Part shown: positions 48,687 through 56,874 of the stretch, in pieces
Layout: each line of letters opens with the position of its first letter
Numbering within the stretch: position 1 is the stretch's first letter
From: a virus
IMG/VR virus record: IMGVR_UViG_3300005654_000003
Location: 7,132 to 71,131 of that record
Strand: one strand, 5' to 3'
Length of the DNA stretch: 64,000 bases
Notes under the pieces: generated by a model
What the model saw: the letters and a program-made list of their open reading frames with translations, nothing else
What the model was told of the DNA's origin: nothing
The model's database searches: none
Made by a program: the position numbers and the translations under genes

Positions 48687-48715
48687 GATACTATAAAAAT
48701 AAGGAATTCAAACGA

Positions 48716-48898
48716 TTAATTCTCTATATGATAATATTCGATTTTTACAACCATTGAATGATCAAGTTCATATAGACCAGCAGCCATACATGCCTCAGCT
48801 TTGGTGTCAAATAACCTAAAGCTGCCGTCTTCATTTTTAAAATAGTCATTCATGTCTGCATTAATAATGATATACTTGCCCTCTAACGATCTGCTCAT
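48716..48898 (-). CDS. hypothetical protein
   Basis: 60 aa, ATGA-coupled. Confidence 0.55.
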   Translation of the reverse strand: MSRSLEGKYIIINADMNDYFKNEDGSFRLFDTKAEACMAAGLYELDHSMVVKIEYYHIEN

Positions 48899-49122
48899 AT
48901 ATTGTTATTATCATGTATGTCTAAATAGTCCTGTATTATCAGATTAATATTTAATAGTTCTTTTCTGCGAGAATTTAACCTTACTTTATCTTCTGACTTA
49001 TATTCCATGTCATCACAGCACTTAGCTACTGGTAAATTAGATTTGGTGTGTAGCCTATGTATTTCAGACATCACGTCCGCCTTACGGGCGTATATTTTAT
49101 CTAAAAATGCTTTTCTAATCAT
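48895..49122 (-). CDS. hypothetical protein
   Basis: 75 aa, ATGA-coupled. Confidence 0.55.
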   Translation of the reverse strand: MIRKAFLDKIYARKADVMSEIHRLHTKSNLPVAKCCDDMEYKSEDKVRLNSRRKELLNINLIIQDYLDIHDNNNI

Positions 49123-49367
49123 ATCTTTGGCCCTTTAATTGTTGCCCAATGTGTTACTGGATATTCTTTATCTTCATCTATCCATCCCTTTTCAGATACC
49201 CTCTGTCCTAACTCACTATCCTGAAAAGTCATGAAATACTCGTTAAACTCCATCTCTCCATCACTTAGTCTTGTAAGTACTGGATAACTGGCTAGAGTCA
49301 TTGCATGCTGCACAGTGGCATCTGGCAACCTATCCTTTACACTCACCCACTCTATCTGTTCTATCAT
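49119..49367 (-). CDS. DUF551-like phage protein
   Basis: EWVSVKDRLP...VTHW pattern. Confidence 0.7.
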   Translation of the reverse strand: MIEQIEWVSVKDRLPDATVQHAMTLASYPVLTRLSDGEMEFNEYFMTFQDSELGQRVSEKGWIDEDKEYPVTHWATIKGPKI

Positions 49368-49690
49368 ATCTCCTTGATTTCTAATCTATCTGCCAAGGCA
49401 TAGCTCACAACCTTATCAACCAAATCTGTCAATTGGCTATGGCCATTCAGCATCTCATTCAACATCTTTTTATCCTCTGCCTTATCTAGTACGTATTTTG
49501 TACGCTCAGATAACGCCTTAGCAAACTGATTTCCGTGATACTTTATCTTCTGCAAGTATAAATCCTGATCTTCTATGTGTTCAAAGTCATCTAAGGCCAC
49601 CTGCATTGCACACAACACCTTTAATATTCTTCTACGTTCAGTAAGAGTCACAAATTCTACTGGCTTTTCTATTCGCATTATTTTTTCCAT
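49364..49690 (-). CDS. hypothetical protein
   Basis: 108 aa in a tight operon. Confidence 0.55.
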   Translation of the reverse strand: MEKIMRIEKPVEFVTLTERRRILKVLCAMQVALDDFEHIEDQDLYLQKIKYHGNQFAKALSERTKYVLDKAEDKKMLNEMLNGHSQLTDLVDKVVSYALADRLEIKEI

Positions 49691-49694
49691 ATCT

Positions 49695-50477
49695 TTATTT
49701 TTTAAATGAAATTGATGTACCGTAATCTTTATTGATCATTTCTAAAATCTTTATTTGACCTTTTGGCCTTATCTTGACTACTTTATATGACTTATTGTTT
49801 TTTACAACTGCATTCACTTCCATCCAGCCAGCTTTGATATATTTTTGGAATGGGGTATTATAATCTTCTTTAGTCTGTAGCACTTCTTTTTCTCTTAAAT
49901 ACTCATACAATTTATTTCTACCGAACGTCTTACTGCATTCTAATTCTAGCTTGCTATGTATCAACTTAGAATAATCACCTACGCCAATTGCATTGTCAGT
50001 ACCCATGAACGCTTCTGCATAATTTAAAAACGGTCTACACTCCGTTAGTCCTTTTTCTAGCTCTTCATTTCTAGCTGCCATTTTAGCTGCCTCAAAAAGA
50101 GCTGCTGCATAAGTCTGTGGTAATGCATGCTGGTGTGTTCTATGCTTTTTTTCTATATCGATATAATACTGTCTTGCTAATTTACCTTTTGGTGTCTTTT
50201 GAACCATAGCTATATGCTTACTGGTATCTAATGTAAGAGCATAGTCTAATTTCTTTACTGATGGTGCTCCTTTTGTCGGGTGTACCAAATGGTACACACG
50301 CTGATAATCAGTGTGTTCCGAAAATCCATAGCTCAGCATGCGATCCATCCATTTTGAGAATCTTTCCTTCAATTCTAGGAAAGTATATAGGTCTCTTGCA
50401 GAGGTTACTTGTCTACCTTTGTCATCTATACTAATGGGCATAGCTATCTTTATTAATTCATGTATTTTATCTTCCAT
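49695..50477 (-). CDS. phage antirepressor-like protein (AntA/AntB N-terminus + KilAC C-terminus)
   Basis: TSARDLYTFLELKERFSKWM...DY...DYALTLDTSKHIAMVQKT.KGK.ARQYYI; LPQTYAAAL; GRNKLYEYLR...PFQKYI; TAACTTTG upstream at 50495-50502. Confidence 0.85.
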   Translation of the reverse strand: MEDKIHELIKIAMPISIDDKGRQVTSARDLYTFLELKERFSKWMDRMLSYGFSEHTDYQRVYHLVHPTKGAPSVKKLDYALTLDTSKHIAMVQKTPKGKLARQYYIDIEKKHRTHQHALPQTYAAALFEAAKMAARNEELEKGLTECRPFLNYAEAFMGTDNAIGVGDYSKLIHSKLELECSKTFGRNKLYEYLREKEVLQTKEDYNTPFQKYIKAGWMEVNAVVKNNKSYKVVKIRPKGQIKILEMINKDYGTSISFKK

Positions 50478-50527
50478 TGTGTTAAATTTTGCTTCAAAGT
50501 TAATACATTAATATGTATTTATCAATT

Positions 50528-50857
50528 TTACACATATACATTATGCTCTGCCCTAAATAAATTATTTCTTAGATCATCCCACGTAGGCACTATCTCGTAT
50601 CTACTTTTGAATTCTTGTTCACCCATCATTTCAAATTGACCGTGCATATGCTTAATGGTATAGCACCCTTCCAGTGCCACTGCTATTAATTTGTCATCAG
50701 CATCCAGAAACATCAATTTTTTAATATCTGCCATCTCTGCACGAACAATGTCATGGTATTCACCTACAAACTCGATCAGCTCCTTTTCATTCTTACCGTC
50801 AAAGAATATCGCATATAGCGACTGTATCTTTGGTACATATAGTCTTGCGTTCTTCAT
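50528..50857 (-). CDS. hypothetical phage protein
   Basis: YAIFFDGKN...EQEFKSRYE pattern; start moved to ATG 50857. Confidence 0.6.
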   Translation of the reverse strand: MKNARLYVPKIQSLYAIFFDGKNEKELIEFVGEYHDIVRAEMADIKKLMFLDADDKLIAVALEGCYTIKHMHGQFEMMGEQEFKSRYEIVPTWDDLRNNLFRAEHNVYV

Positions 50858-50859
50858 AT

Positions 50860-51042
50860 CTACTCTGCTACACTTGTTACGAATACAAATACAACTCTTA
50901 AAAATACAAAAGCATATGCAAGCCTGACCCATATATTCCAATCCAAGCAATCAATTGTTCCAGCTACAAAAGCCAAAACAAGGTAAACGACAAATAATGT
51001 GGTGAGGGATGCGAATATATTCCAGAAAATTTTGCTTATCAT
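50860..51042 (-). CDS. small two-TM membrane protein
   Basis: Hydrophobic segments FASLTTLFVVYLVLAFVAG and LAYAFVFLRVVFVFV; start ATG 51042. Confidence 0.55.
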   Translation of the reverse strand: MISKIFWNIFASLTTLFVVYLVLAFVAGTIDCLDWNIWVRLAYAFVFLRVVFVFVTSVAE

Positions 51043-51105
51043 AATGTAACCTTTTATCTTTGTTTTACGTGTAAGACTAATATAAACCAAATAAACCATA
51101 ATACC

Positions 51106-51420
51106 ATGGATAGCCTTTTAGTAATGATGATGCTTGCAACTTTCAATAATTTTTCAGAATTTCAACACACCGTTGTTGATGATAATACTGTTTTTCATGT
51201 AGTACACTTAGAAGATGGAAACAGATTAATGATTGAAGAGACTTTTGATCCTTATAGTATTTCGTTTGTTGCTGATCAATATGATGAAGACACTTTTATT
51301 TTTAGAGGATATTGGACTGACTATACAGAATATGTGATTGAAGTTGGTGTCAATGGCCACTATGATTCACCAGTACTGCATGCCTTACTGGCCCAAAAGA
51401 ACAATGTTAATGAGCCATAA
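51106..51420 (+). CDS. acidic hypothetical protein, possibly exported
   Basis: 104 aa with hydrophobic N-terminus; lone plus-strand gene. Confidence 0.55.
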   Translation: MDSLLVMMMLATFNNFSEFQHTVVDDNTVFHVVHLEDGNRLMIEETFDPYSISFVADQYDEDTFIFRGYWTDYTEYVIEVGVNGHYDSPVLHALLAQKNNVNEP

Positions 51421-51664
51421 TTGGCCGTCCGTTGTAATAATATAGATTTTTAATCACATCCTCTTCCTGTCTCATAAGCATTTGTATATACTCTTTGTAT
51501 GCCACTGAGTCATTAAAGATTCTAGTCGATAGCTGTATTGTATCATTATACACTACTTCTGTATCTACATAAACTACTGAGTCATTATACATGCATGGAT
51601 CACTCACTCTTTGAGCTTTTGCGTTAAGGCTGAAAAGTATTGCTGGTATAATTAAATATTTCAT
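51407..51664 (-). CDS. small exported protein
   Basis: Signal peptide MKYLIIPAILFSLNAKA/Q; DSV and DTI motifs. Confidence 0.6.
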   Translation of the reverse strand: MKYLIIPAILFSLNAKAQRVSDPCMYNDSVVYVDTEVVYNDTIQLSTRIFNDSVAYKEYIQMLMRQEEDVIKNLYYYNGRPIMAH

Positions 51665-51741
51665 TGTGTTGTTTAAAGTTAAAAAAAGCTAGTCTTTCCT
51701 AGCAGTCAAAACTCAATCCAGATAAAAGGAGGTGTCAGTTG

Positions 51742-51886
51742 TAATCAAAGTAGGACTCGAACCTACAATCTTACACTTAATGTATTTCAGTGCAAAACAT
51801 ATTGTTAGTAAGGTAAAGTTTCAAACCTTAATACATGCGGTCTTTCCTCTCTCTAACTCAGTGTCTACCAATTCCACCATTTGATT
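51742..51886 (-). ncRNA. tRNA-like RNA (Leu-type acceptor, D and T arms) with an expanded, non-canonical central region
   Basis: Minus strand: AATCAAA/TTTGATT acceptor stem plus discriminator A; D arm TGGTGGAATTGGTAGACAC; T arm GTAGG-TTCGAGT-CCTAC; 94 nt between D and T arms with no recognisable anticodon stem-loop. Confidence 0.7.
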
Positions 51887-51892
51887 ATATCT

Positions 51893-52408
51893 TTACTTAA
51901 ATTTCTTAATGATATGATTCAATGTTCCTTTACTTGAAATATTGAATTTCTCCATTGTTTTTTTATATGACCTAACACCGCAGTAGTATGCATATACCGA
52001 TTCATGTGCATGTTTAGTGTTAAAAGATGCTGCATGTTCTGCATGAGCCTGTCTTACCGCCTGTGGTCTGTCCATCATGTTTTCACTAGCAGTGCCAATG
52101 GCAATATTGTCAAACGAATTATCCAATGGATTGCCGTTTAGGTGTCTTACAACCATACCTTTTTCAAACATTTTCATTCCAAACTTCTGGAATGCTTGCA
52201 ACCTATGCACCCTAAGTCTTGCATGCTTGCCATCTACTCTGAAAGATATTTCTTTATATAGGTGATTTCCTCTACCTGCTTCTTTACATACTCGTTGAAC
52301 CCCTGTAGAAGATATTAGTTCTCCTTCCTTGGTTACTTTATATCCTGCTGCATGTGCATTAATTACTGCTCTGCTGTTTCTGCTTAATTCATCTTTTACT
52401 GTTTCCAT
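51893..52408 (-). mobile_element. HNH homing endonuclease
   Basis: RVHRLQA...VVRHLNGNPLDNSFDNIAIGTASENMMD; TATATTTG upstream. Confidence 0.88.
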
Positions 52409-52429
52409 GTCTCAAATATACAGATTATT

Positions 52430-52867
52430 TCAATACAGTACCAAAAATAACAAAGCTAGTGATGCTAAAAACGCAAACCACGTTAAATAAGACACTTTCT
52501 CTTCTAATGTGGCAATATGTTCCTTAGATACCATTAAGTCCTTTTGTAGCTCATGTATGTCCCTAGCATTGCTTTCTATTACTACTTCATAAGCTCTGAA
52601 TTTAGAATAATCGTCTTCATTGGTGAAATCGGACTTGCTTCGCTTATTCTTATAGTTATCCATAGATGCCTTCATGCTCAATCTATCTTGATGGATAGAC
52701 TCTATTTTCTGCATGTTCTTTGTACCGACATCTAATGCACATTGGCACACTGGAACAACGGATGCCTTGGATATACCCTTAACAATGCCACCATCCGCCA
52801 TCTTATAGCCCTTTTGAGCTTCTTCTATTGTACCATGTATCTTACCGCACTTGTCACACTGGATCAT
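52430..52867 (-). CDS. hypothetical protein (CxxC N-terminus, coiled coil, C-terminal TM)
   Basis: QCDKCGK; ends LTWFAFLASLALLFLVLY. Confidence 0.55.
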   Translation of the reverse strand: MIQCDKCGKIHGTIEEAQKGYKMADGGIVKGISKASVVPVCQCALDVGTKNMQKIESIHQDRLSMKASMDNYKNKRSKSDFTNEDDYSKFRAYEVVIESNARDIHELQKDLMVSKEHIATLEEKVSYLTWFAFLASLALLFLVLY

Positions 52868-53138
52868 TTTGTTTTTCCTTTTCTGATTTAAAGAAATTTA
52901 ACAAAAATGAATAATCTTCAATCAGCTCTGTTACCACTCCATTGATTAGCAGTTCGTTGTTTTTACGCTTTGTAAATTTCCCCTCTCGCTTTAAATCAAC
53001 AAATACGTCCATTTTTTCATGTATTGTAAATGACTTAAAGTGTGCTATTTCTAAATCTGAATGTTTTTTGCTCATAACGACTCCTGTAGCTTTTGTTTTA
53101 ATGTTTTCCAATTTAGCTTTTCTCCGCAATTGGGGCAA
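52854..53138 (-). CDS. hypothetical protein
   Basis: 94 aa ORF. Confidence 0.5.
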   Translation of the reverse strand: MPQLRRKAKLENIKTKATGVVMSKKHSDLEIAHFKSFTIHEKMDVFVDLKREGKFTKRKNNELLINGVVTELIEDYSFLLNFFKSEKEKQNDPV

Positions 53139-53338
53139 TAGTTGTTTCTAATTATATACCCTAACCTACCATCCATGAACTCTAATGGATCTTCTGTACT
53201 CTTTTTAAAAGCAGTATGCTTATATACTTCATTTATTCCTGCATTCATGCAAGCACCCTCCTTCAATAATATTATATAGTTATCCACATATAAATCCATG
53301 TCGTCAAACTCTCCTATTCTGTGATTACACTGGCTCAT
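53072..53338 (-). CDS. small zinc-ribbon protein
   Basis: QCNH...NYCPNCGEKL. Confidence 0.6.
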   Translation of the reverse strand: MSQCNHRIGEFDDMDLYVDNYIILLKEGACMNAGINEVYKHTAFKKSTEDPLEFMDGRLGYIIRNNYCPNCGEKLNWKTLKQKLQESL

Positions 53339-53454
53339 ATATATCCTTTATCGTTTAACTGTAACCATGCATTGCAGTCTGATAAACTGCCCTGAAAAGC
53401 TGTTGAATTATCTATCGTGTTTATTACTTGATATGTGTCGTCCATAAAAAGCAT
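53335..53454 (-). CDS. small hypothetical protein (39 aa), not in the ORF track
   Basis: MLFMDDTYQVINTIDNSTAFQGSLSDCNAWLQLNDKGYI*; fills the gap with an ATGA overlap. Confidence 0.4.
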   Translation of the reverse strand: MLFMDDTYQVINTIDNSTAFQGSLSDCNAWLQLNDKGYI

Positions 53455-53458
53455 TACT

Positions 53459-53917
53459 CTATATTGTTTTTCCATCTGTCATTTTATCTAAATATTTATA
53501 CCAATCTTCATGTGTTAAAAATGGCTCTGGACATGTACAGACTGCTGTAACCTGATTCTGTCCTATATTTGGATTTCCTATTATAAACCCCGTAGCCCTT
53601 TGCTCATCTGTTGCACTCAATACACCTCTACATCCTATACATCTATATGGCTTTAGCATCATTTTTCGTGCCTCTTCTATATCATAGCTCATTGGATTCT
53701 CGTTATCGCATTGAGGAATATGCACTGGCTTTAGACTCTTGAATCTTTCCATGTGCTCACTAAACACCTCATCTCTTGTCTTAGACCACCAATTCAATAT
53801 CTTAGAGTTTCTATCATTAACCAATGACTCTAGCTTCGTGATATATTTCAATACGCTTATTGGCGTTGTTCGATAATCCTCTTCTGCGTTTTCTTTCCAG
53901 TATTTGATGTCTTTCAT
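53459..53917 (-). CDS. hypothetical protein
   Basis: IKYWKENAEEDY.TTPISVLKYI.KLE N-terminus; CxxC..CxC C-terminus. Confidence 0.6.
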   Translation of the reverse strand: MKDIKYWKENAEEDYRTTPISVLKYITKLESLVNDRNSKILNWWSKTRDEVFSEHMERFKSLKPVHIPQCDNENPMSYDIEEARKMMLKPYRCIGCRGVLSATDEQRATGFIIGNPNIGQNQVTAVCTCPEPFLTHEDWYKYLDKMTDGKTI

Positions 53918-54330
53918 TTCTCAACTAATTTCATTTCTTTTTTGAATAGGGTTCTGTTTGTTGCTCCTATCATATTTCCATTAAGTTCATAGGATGTAGA
54001 AGTGCATTCACTTTCAAAGTCAACTTCAATATAATTTGATTGTTTTGCTAAATAATCAACAACCCCCCAACCATAAACAAAATCCCAAACCTTTTCTCCT
54101 ACCTTCCATTCTATTTTTTGTGGCAACCCACTTAAATCAAACCCATCCGATAAATTACATTCTCCATAGCCTTTCAGTGCTGACAAATCAAATTCTTCTA
54201 TTTCAGGTCGCTCAATTACTGTGAACTCATCACTCATTAATGACTTTTGTGTTACGTAAAGCCTCAAATGATCACAGATGGCGTCTAATTTTAATTCTAA
54301 GTACTTTATTCTTTTTTCTTTGTTATTCAT
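53914..54330 (-). CDS. hypothetical protein
   Basis: WKVGEKVWDFVYGWGVV SH3-like C-terminal domain. Confidence 0.6.
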   Translation of the reverse strand: MNNKEKRIKYLELKLDAICDHLRLYVTQKSLMSDEFTVIERPEIEEFDLSALKGYGECNLSDGFDLSGLPQKIEWKVGEKVWDFVYGWGVVDYLAKQSNYIEVDFESECTSTSYELNGNMIGATNRTLFKKEMKLVEK

Positions 54331-54497
54331 TTCTCTATTTTTCTTGATGTCATAAACCCGTGAATAATTACCAATGTCAATAAGTGCCCAAAGTTTAAAT
54401 CCTTTATGTTAGTAAGCCTAGATTCATTTAAGGTTGATTCACTACATCCACTTAATAAAAAACACGCCACACATCCTATTATTATTTTATTTTTCAT
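54327..54497 (-). CDS. small lipoprotein (56 aa), not in the ORF track
   Basis: MKNKIIIGCVACFLLSGCSESTLNESRL...IEK*; LSGC lipobox; ATGA overlaps at both ends. Confidence 0.6.
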   Translation of the reverse strand: MKNKIIIGCVACFLLSGCSESTLNESRLTNIKDLNFGHLLTLVIIHGFMTSRKIEK

Positions 54498-54739
54498 GTG
54501 CTTATTTTCTTAATTGCATTTAACTCTATTTTGATTCCTCCATGCTCATTTTGTTTTGGAACAATAATATTTTGGAGTCTAAAGTTTTGAGTTAAATCTA
54601 CCTCACATCCATCTGCTAAATTAAGACCAGTCAAGTCAATGGTTTCTAAATCCGTATATTTTATAACAATGTTTGTAACTCCGTTATCTATTTTAATTCC
54701 AAAAATCCTTGCTATTATTTTTTTAATTTTATTTTTCAT
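54494..54739 (-). CDS. hypothetical protein
   Basis: 81 aa, ATGA-coupled. Confidence 0.55.
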   Translation of the reverse strand: MKNKIKKIIARIFGIKIDNGVTNIVIKYTDLETIDLTGLNLADGCEVDLTQNFRLQNIIVPKQNEHGGIKIELNAIKKIST

Positions 54740-54939
54740 TTCTTCATTTTTACTAATACGGTGTTTTCCAACTCATTTATTTGCCCATTTTCTGTGAAAG
54801 TATGGTACAAGTTTTCGCCAAATTTAACACATATTGGGTATGTATTGCTAACATTGGTAGAAACAACCTTGCCAACACCCCTTTCTTTATCCATAACCTT
54901 ATCATTTACTTTAAATCTTAATTCTTCTCTATTTGCCAT
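54736..54939 (-). CDS. hypothetical SH3-like protein
   Basis: FKVNDKVMDKERGVGKVV...YPICVKF...FTENG; similar to the C-terminus of the 53914 ORF. Confidence 0.6.
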   Translation of the reverse strand: MANREELRFKVNDKVMDKERGVGKVVSTNVSNTYPICVKFGENLYHTFTENGQINELENTVLVKMKK

Positions 54940-55150
54940 AATCTATTTTTTTAGCTTTGTTAATCTTTTCTTTGCCTGCTTTGGTTAGTCTTAACTTGAA
55001 TTTGTTATTCATAGCACAAAAAAGTGAGAAGAAACTATTTTTACCCCTCCATCCATAGTCTGCATAATACTCAACATCACTCGGCTCAACCCATCCCTTT
55101 TTTAATGCCTTTAAAATATGCCAGTGTTTCTTTAAATCTTTTCTAGTCAT
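54929..55150 (-). CDS. hypothetical protein
   Basis: 73 aa ORF. Confidence 0.5.
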   Translation of the reverse strand: MTRKDLKKHWHILKALKKGWVEPSDVEYYADYGWRGKNSFFSLFCAMNNKFKLRLTKAGKEKINKAKKIDYGK

Positions 55151-55152
55151 AA

Positions 55153-55692
55153 CTAATATTGTGTGTTTTTATAAAATTCTTCACCTCTATCGCAGAATGA
55201 TCTTACCATTGATCTAACCAATCCATAAGACATTCCTGAGTGACCTTGTTCGTCTATTATATTCTTTGCTTCTTTCATGTCACATCCTTCGTTTAAGGGC
55301 TTGATTATAGCTAAGCACATACCTAGCTCCATTCCATTATATAAGTCTCCTAATCGTATTGGTACGCATTCAGTCCAATACTCCATATATTTTTCATCTA
55401 AAACCGCTTTGCCTTTATCTAACCACTGTTTAGTTAGGCTTGGAATTGACATAATGTGTTCTTTTTTGATTCGCTTTCGACTTTCCATTTGCCTATTCAC
55501 GTATGCATCGTGATCAGCTTTGTTTTTACCAGTGATCTTCATATATGCTGAATCTAAATGATCTACGTCATTGTATAGCATTACGCCATTGAATTCAGCT
55601 TTATATAGTCCATCTAATGATTTAAGCTCTCTCATAGCATCTTCTATGGTATATCCAGCAGCCAAATCTATTTCTTTATATTCCTTTTTCAT
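55153..55692 (-). CDS. hypothetical phage protein
   Basis: 179 aa; WTECVPIRLGDLYNGMEL...QGHSGMSYGLV; TATATTTG just upstream. Confidence 0.65.
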   Translation of the reverse strand: MKKEYKEIDLAAGYTIEDAMRELKSLDGLYKAEFNGVMLYNDVDHLDSAYMKITGKNKADHDAYVNRQMESRKRIKKEHIMSIPSLTKQWLDKGKAVLDEKYMEYWTECVPIRLGDLYNGMELGMCLAIIKPLNEGCDMKEAKNIIDEQGHSGMSYGLVRSMVRSFCDRGEEFYKNTQY

Positions 55693-55705
55693 TTGATCAA
55701 ATATA

Positions 55706-56503
55706 TTAATCTTCTACTAAGCTACCAAACTTCCAATTCCTTGTCAAGTCATTTAGTTCATCTTTCCATTTTTTATTTTTGTTGCTAATAGATACTGTTT
55801 CTGCTGACCAAAACCTTGGCTTATTTAATACGATACGATCTAAGCCGCCTTGATATTCAATATCAGCATATCTTTGGGTACGCTTCTTTATTCTTTCCTC
55901 TATATTCGTTAACCGTTCTATCTTAAAAAATGGTTCTGGCCTTGGCGTATGCTTTTCGATTGGCTCAGGTCTTTCGATTGGCCTATATTCTGGTATTGGC
56001 TCAGGGTCTTTTCTTTGTACTTCTACCTTATGGTTAAATTCCTCAATAATTCTTTTAGGCTTCTTTTTAGTCTCTTTAATAATCTTCTTAGTAGCTTTCC
56101 TCTCTTCTTTAGCCTTAGCTCTCTTTTCTTTTTGCCTTGCTAACTTTGCTTTTTTACGTTCCTCAGCTCTTTCTGCCTCAGCCATCTCTTGCCAATACCG
56201 TTTTTCTTCTAACCTGATACGCTCTCTTTCCTCTGCCCATAATCGATCATGGGTGTCCCCTGTGACCTTACAATGAATATCTAGCTTAGATACATCTGGA
56301 TATTCTGGCCATCCATTATAACCTTTAATGTCATATTCTGGTGGATAATGTCCATGACTAAGTATGTGTCCATGACCGTTGGCCATTTCATGACTGATCA
56401 ATGAATGATACATGCCATGCTCACGATATGCACTTTGACTGACAAATTGCTTATGACCTTGCTCTATATTACAGTTGAAATGTAAGTTTGGTTCTGATCT
56501 CAT
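55706..56503 (-). CDS. hypothetical protein with K/E/R-rich helical region
   Basis: His-rich N-terminus, charged centre, PEP repeats. Confidence 0.55.
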   Translation of the reverse strand: MRSEPNLHFNCNIEQGHKQFVSQSAYREHGMYHSLISHEMANGHGHILSHGHYPPEYDIKGYNGWPEYPDVSKLDIHCKVTGDTHDRLWAEERERIRLEEKRYWQEMAEAERAEERKKAKLARQKEKRAKAKEERKATKKIIKETKKKPKRIIEEFNHKVEVQRKDPEPIPEYRPIERPEPIEKHTPRPEPFFKIERLTNIEERIKKRTQRYADIEYQGGLDRIVLNKPRFWSAETVSISNKNKKWKDELNDLTRNWKFGSLVED

Positions 56504-56790
56504 TATTTTTTGCTTAAATAAAGATTATTACGCCTCTGTGCATACCTTTTAAGTTTCTTTTGCTTTATGTATCGATTATACATTGTTGAGTTCTGTTCAT
56601 GTAATGAATGGGGTCTTACTGTCCATGACTTGACCTTTTTACGTGTACTAGCCTTACGATCTATTACATGATAGCCATTAGGGCTCGTCTGGAACATTAC
56701 TTCTACTTCGTAAACGACTCCGTTCTTTTCAAAATATCTTTTTTCTCCTACCATGAAAACAAATCTATAAAAAAGTAAAGTGCCACGCAA
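56503..56790 (-). CDS. hypothetical basic protein
   Basis: 95 aa, coupled to the downstream gene; start uncertain. Confidence 0.45.
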   Translation of the reverse strand: MRGTLLFYRFVFMVGEKRYFEKNGVVYEVEVMFQTSPNGYHVIDRKASTRKKVKSWTVRPHSLHEQNSTMYNRYIKQKKLKRYAQRRNNLYLSKK

Positions 56791-56805
56791 GCAATTAGTT
56801 AGGAA

Positions 56806-56834
56806 ATAAAAAAGGGCTCAAATAAGCCCTTTTA
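56806..56834 (-). terminator. intrinsic terminator after neck/tail-completion gene
   Basis: AAAAGGGCT-CAAATA-AGCCCTTTT. Confidence 0.7.
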
Positions 56835-56874
56835 AGAGACTATCTCTGTCTCATCTATATATATGTGTCATTTG

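Noticed and set aside
51742-51886. Canonical tRNA-Leu, or tRNA with a group I intron
   Set aside because: No anticodon stem with U33 can be built, and the 94-nt central region is too short for a group I intron. Kept as a tRNA-like RNA.
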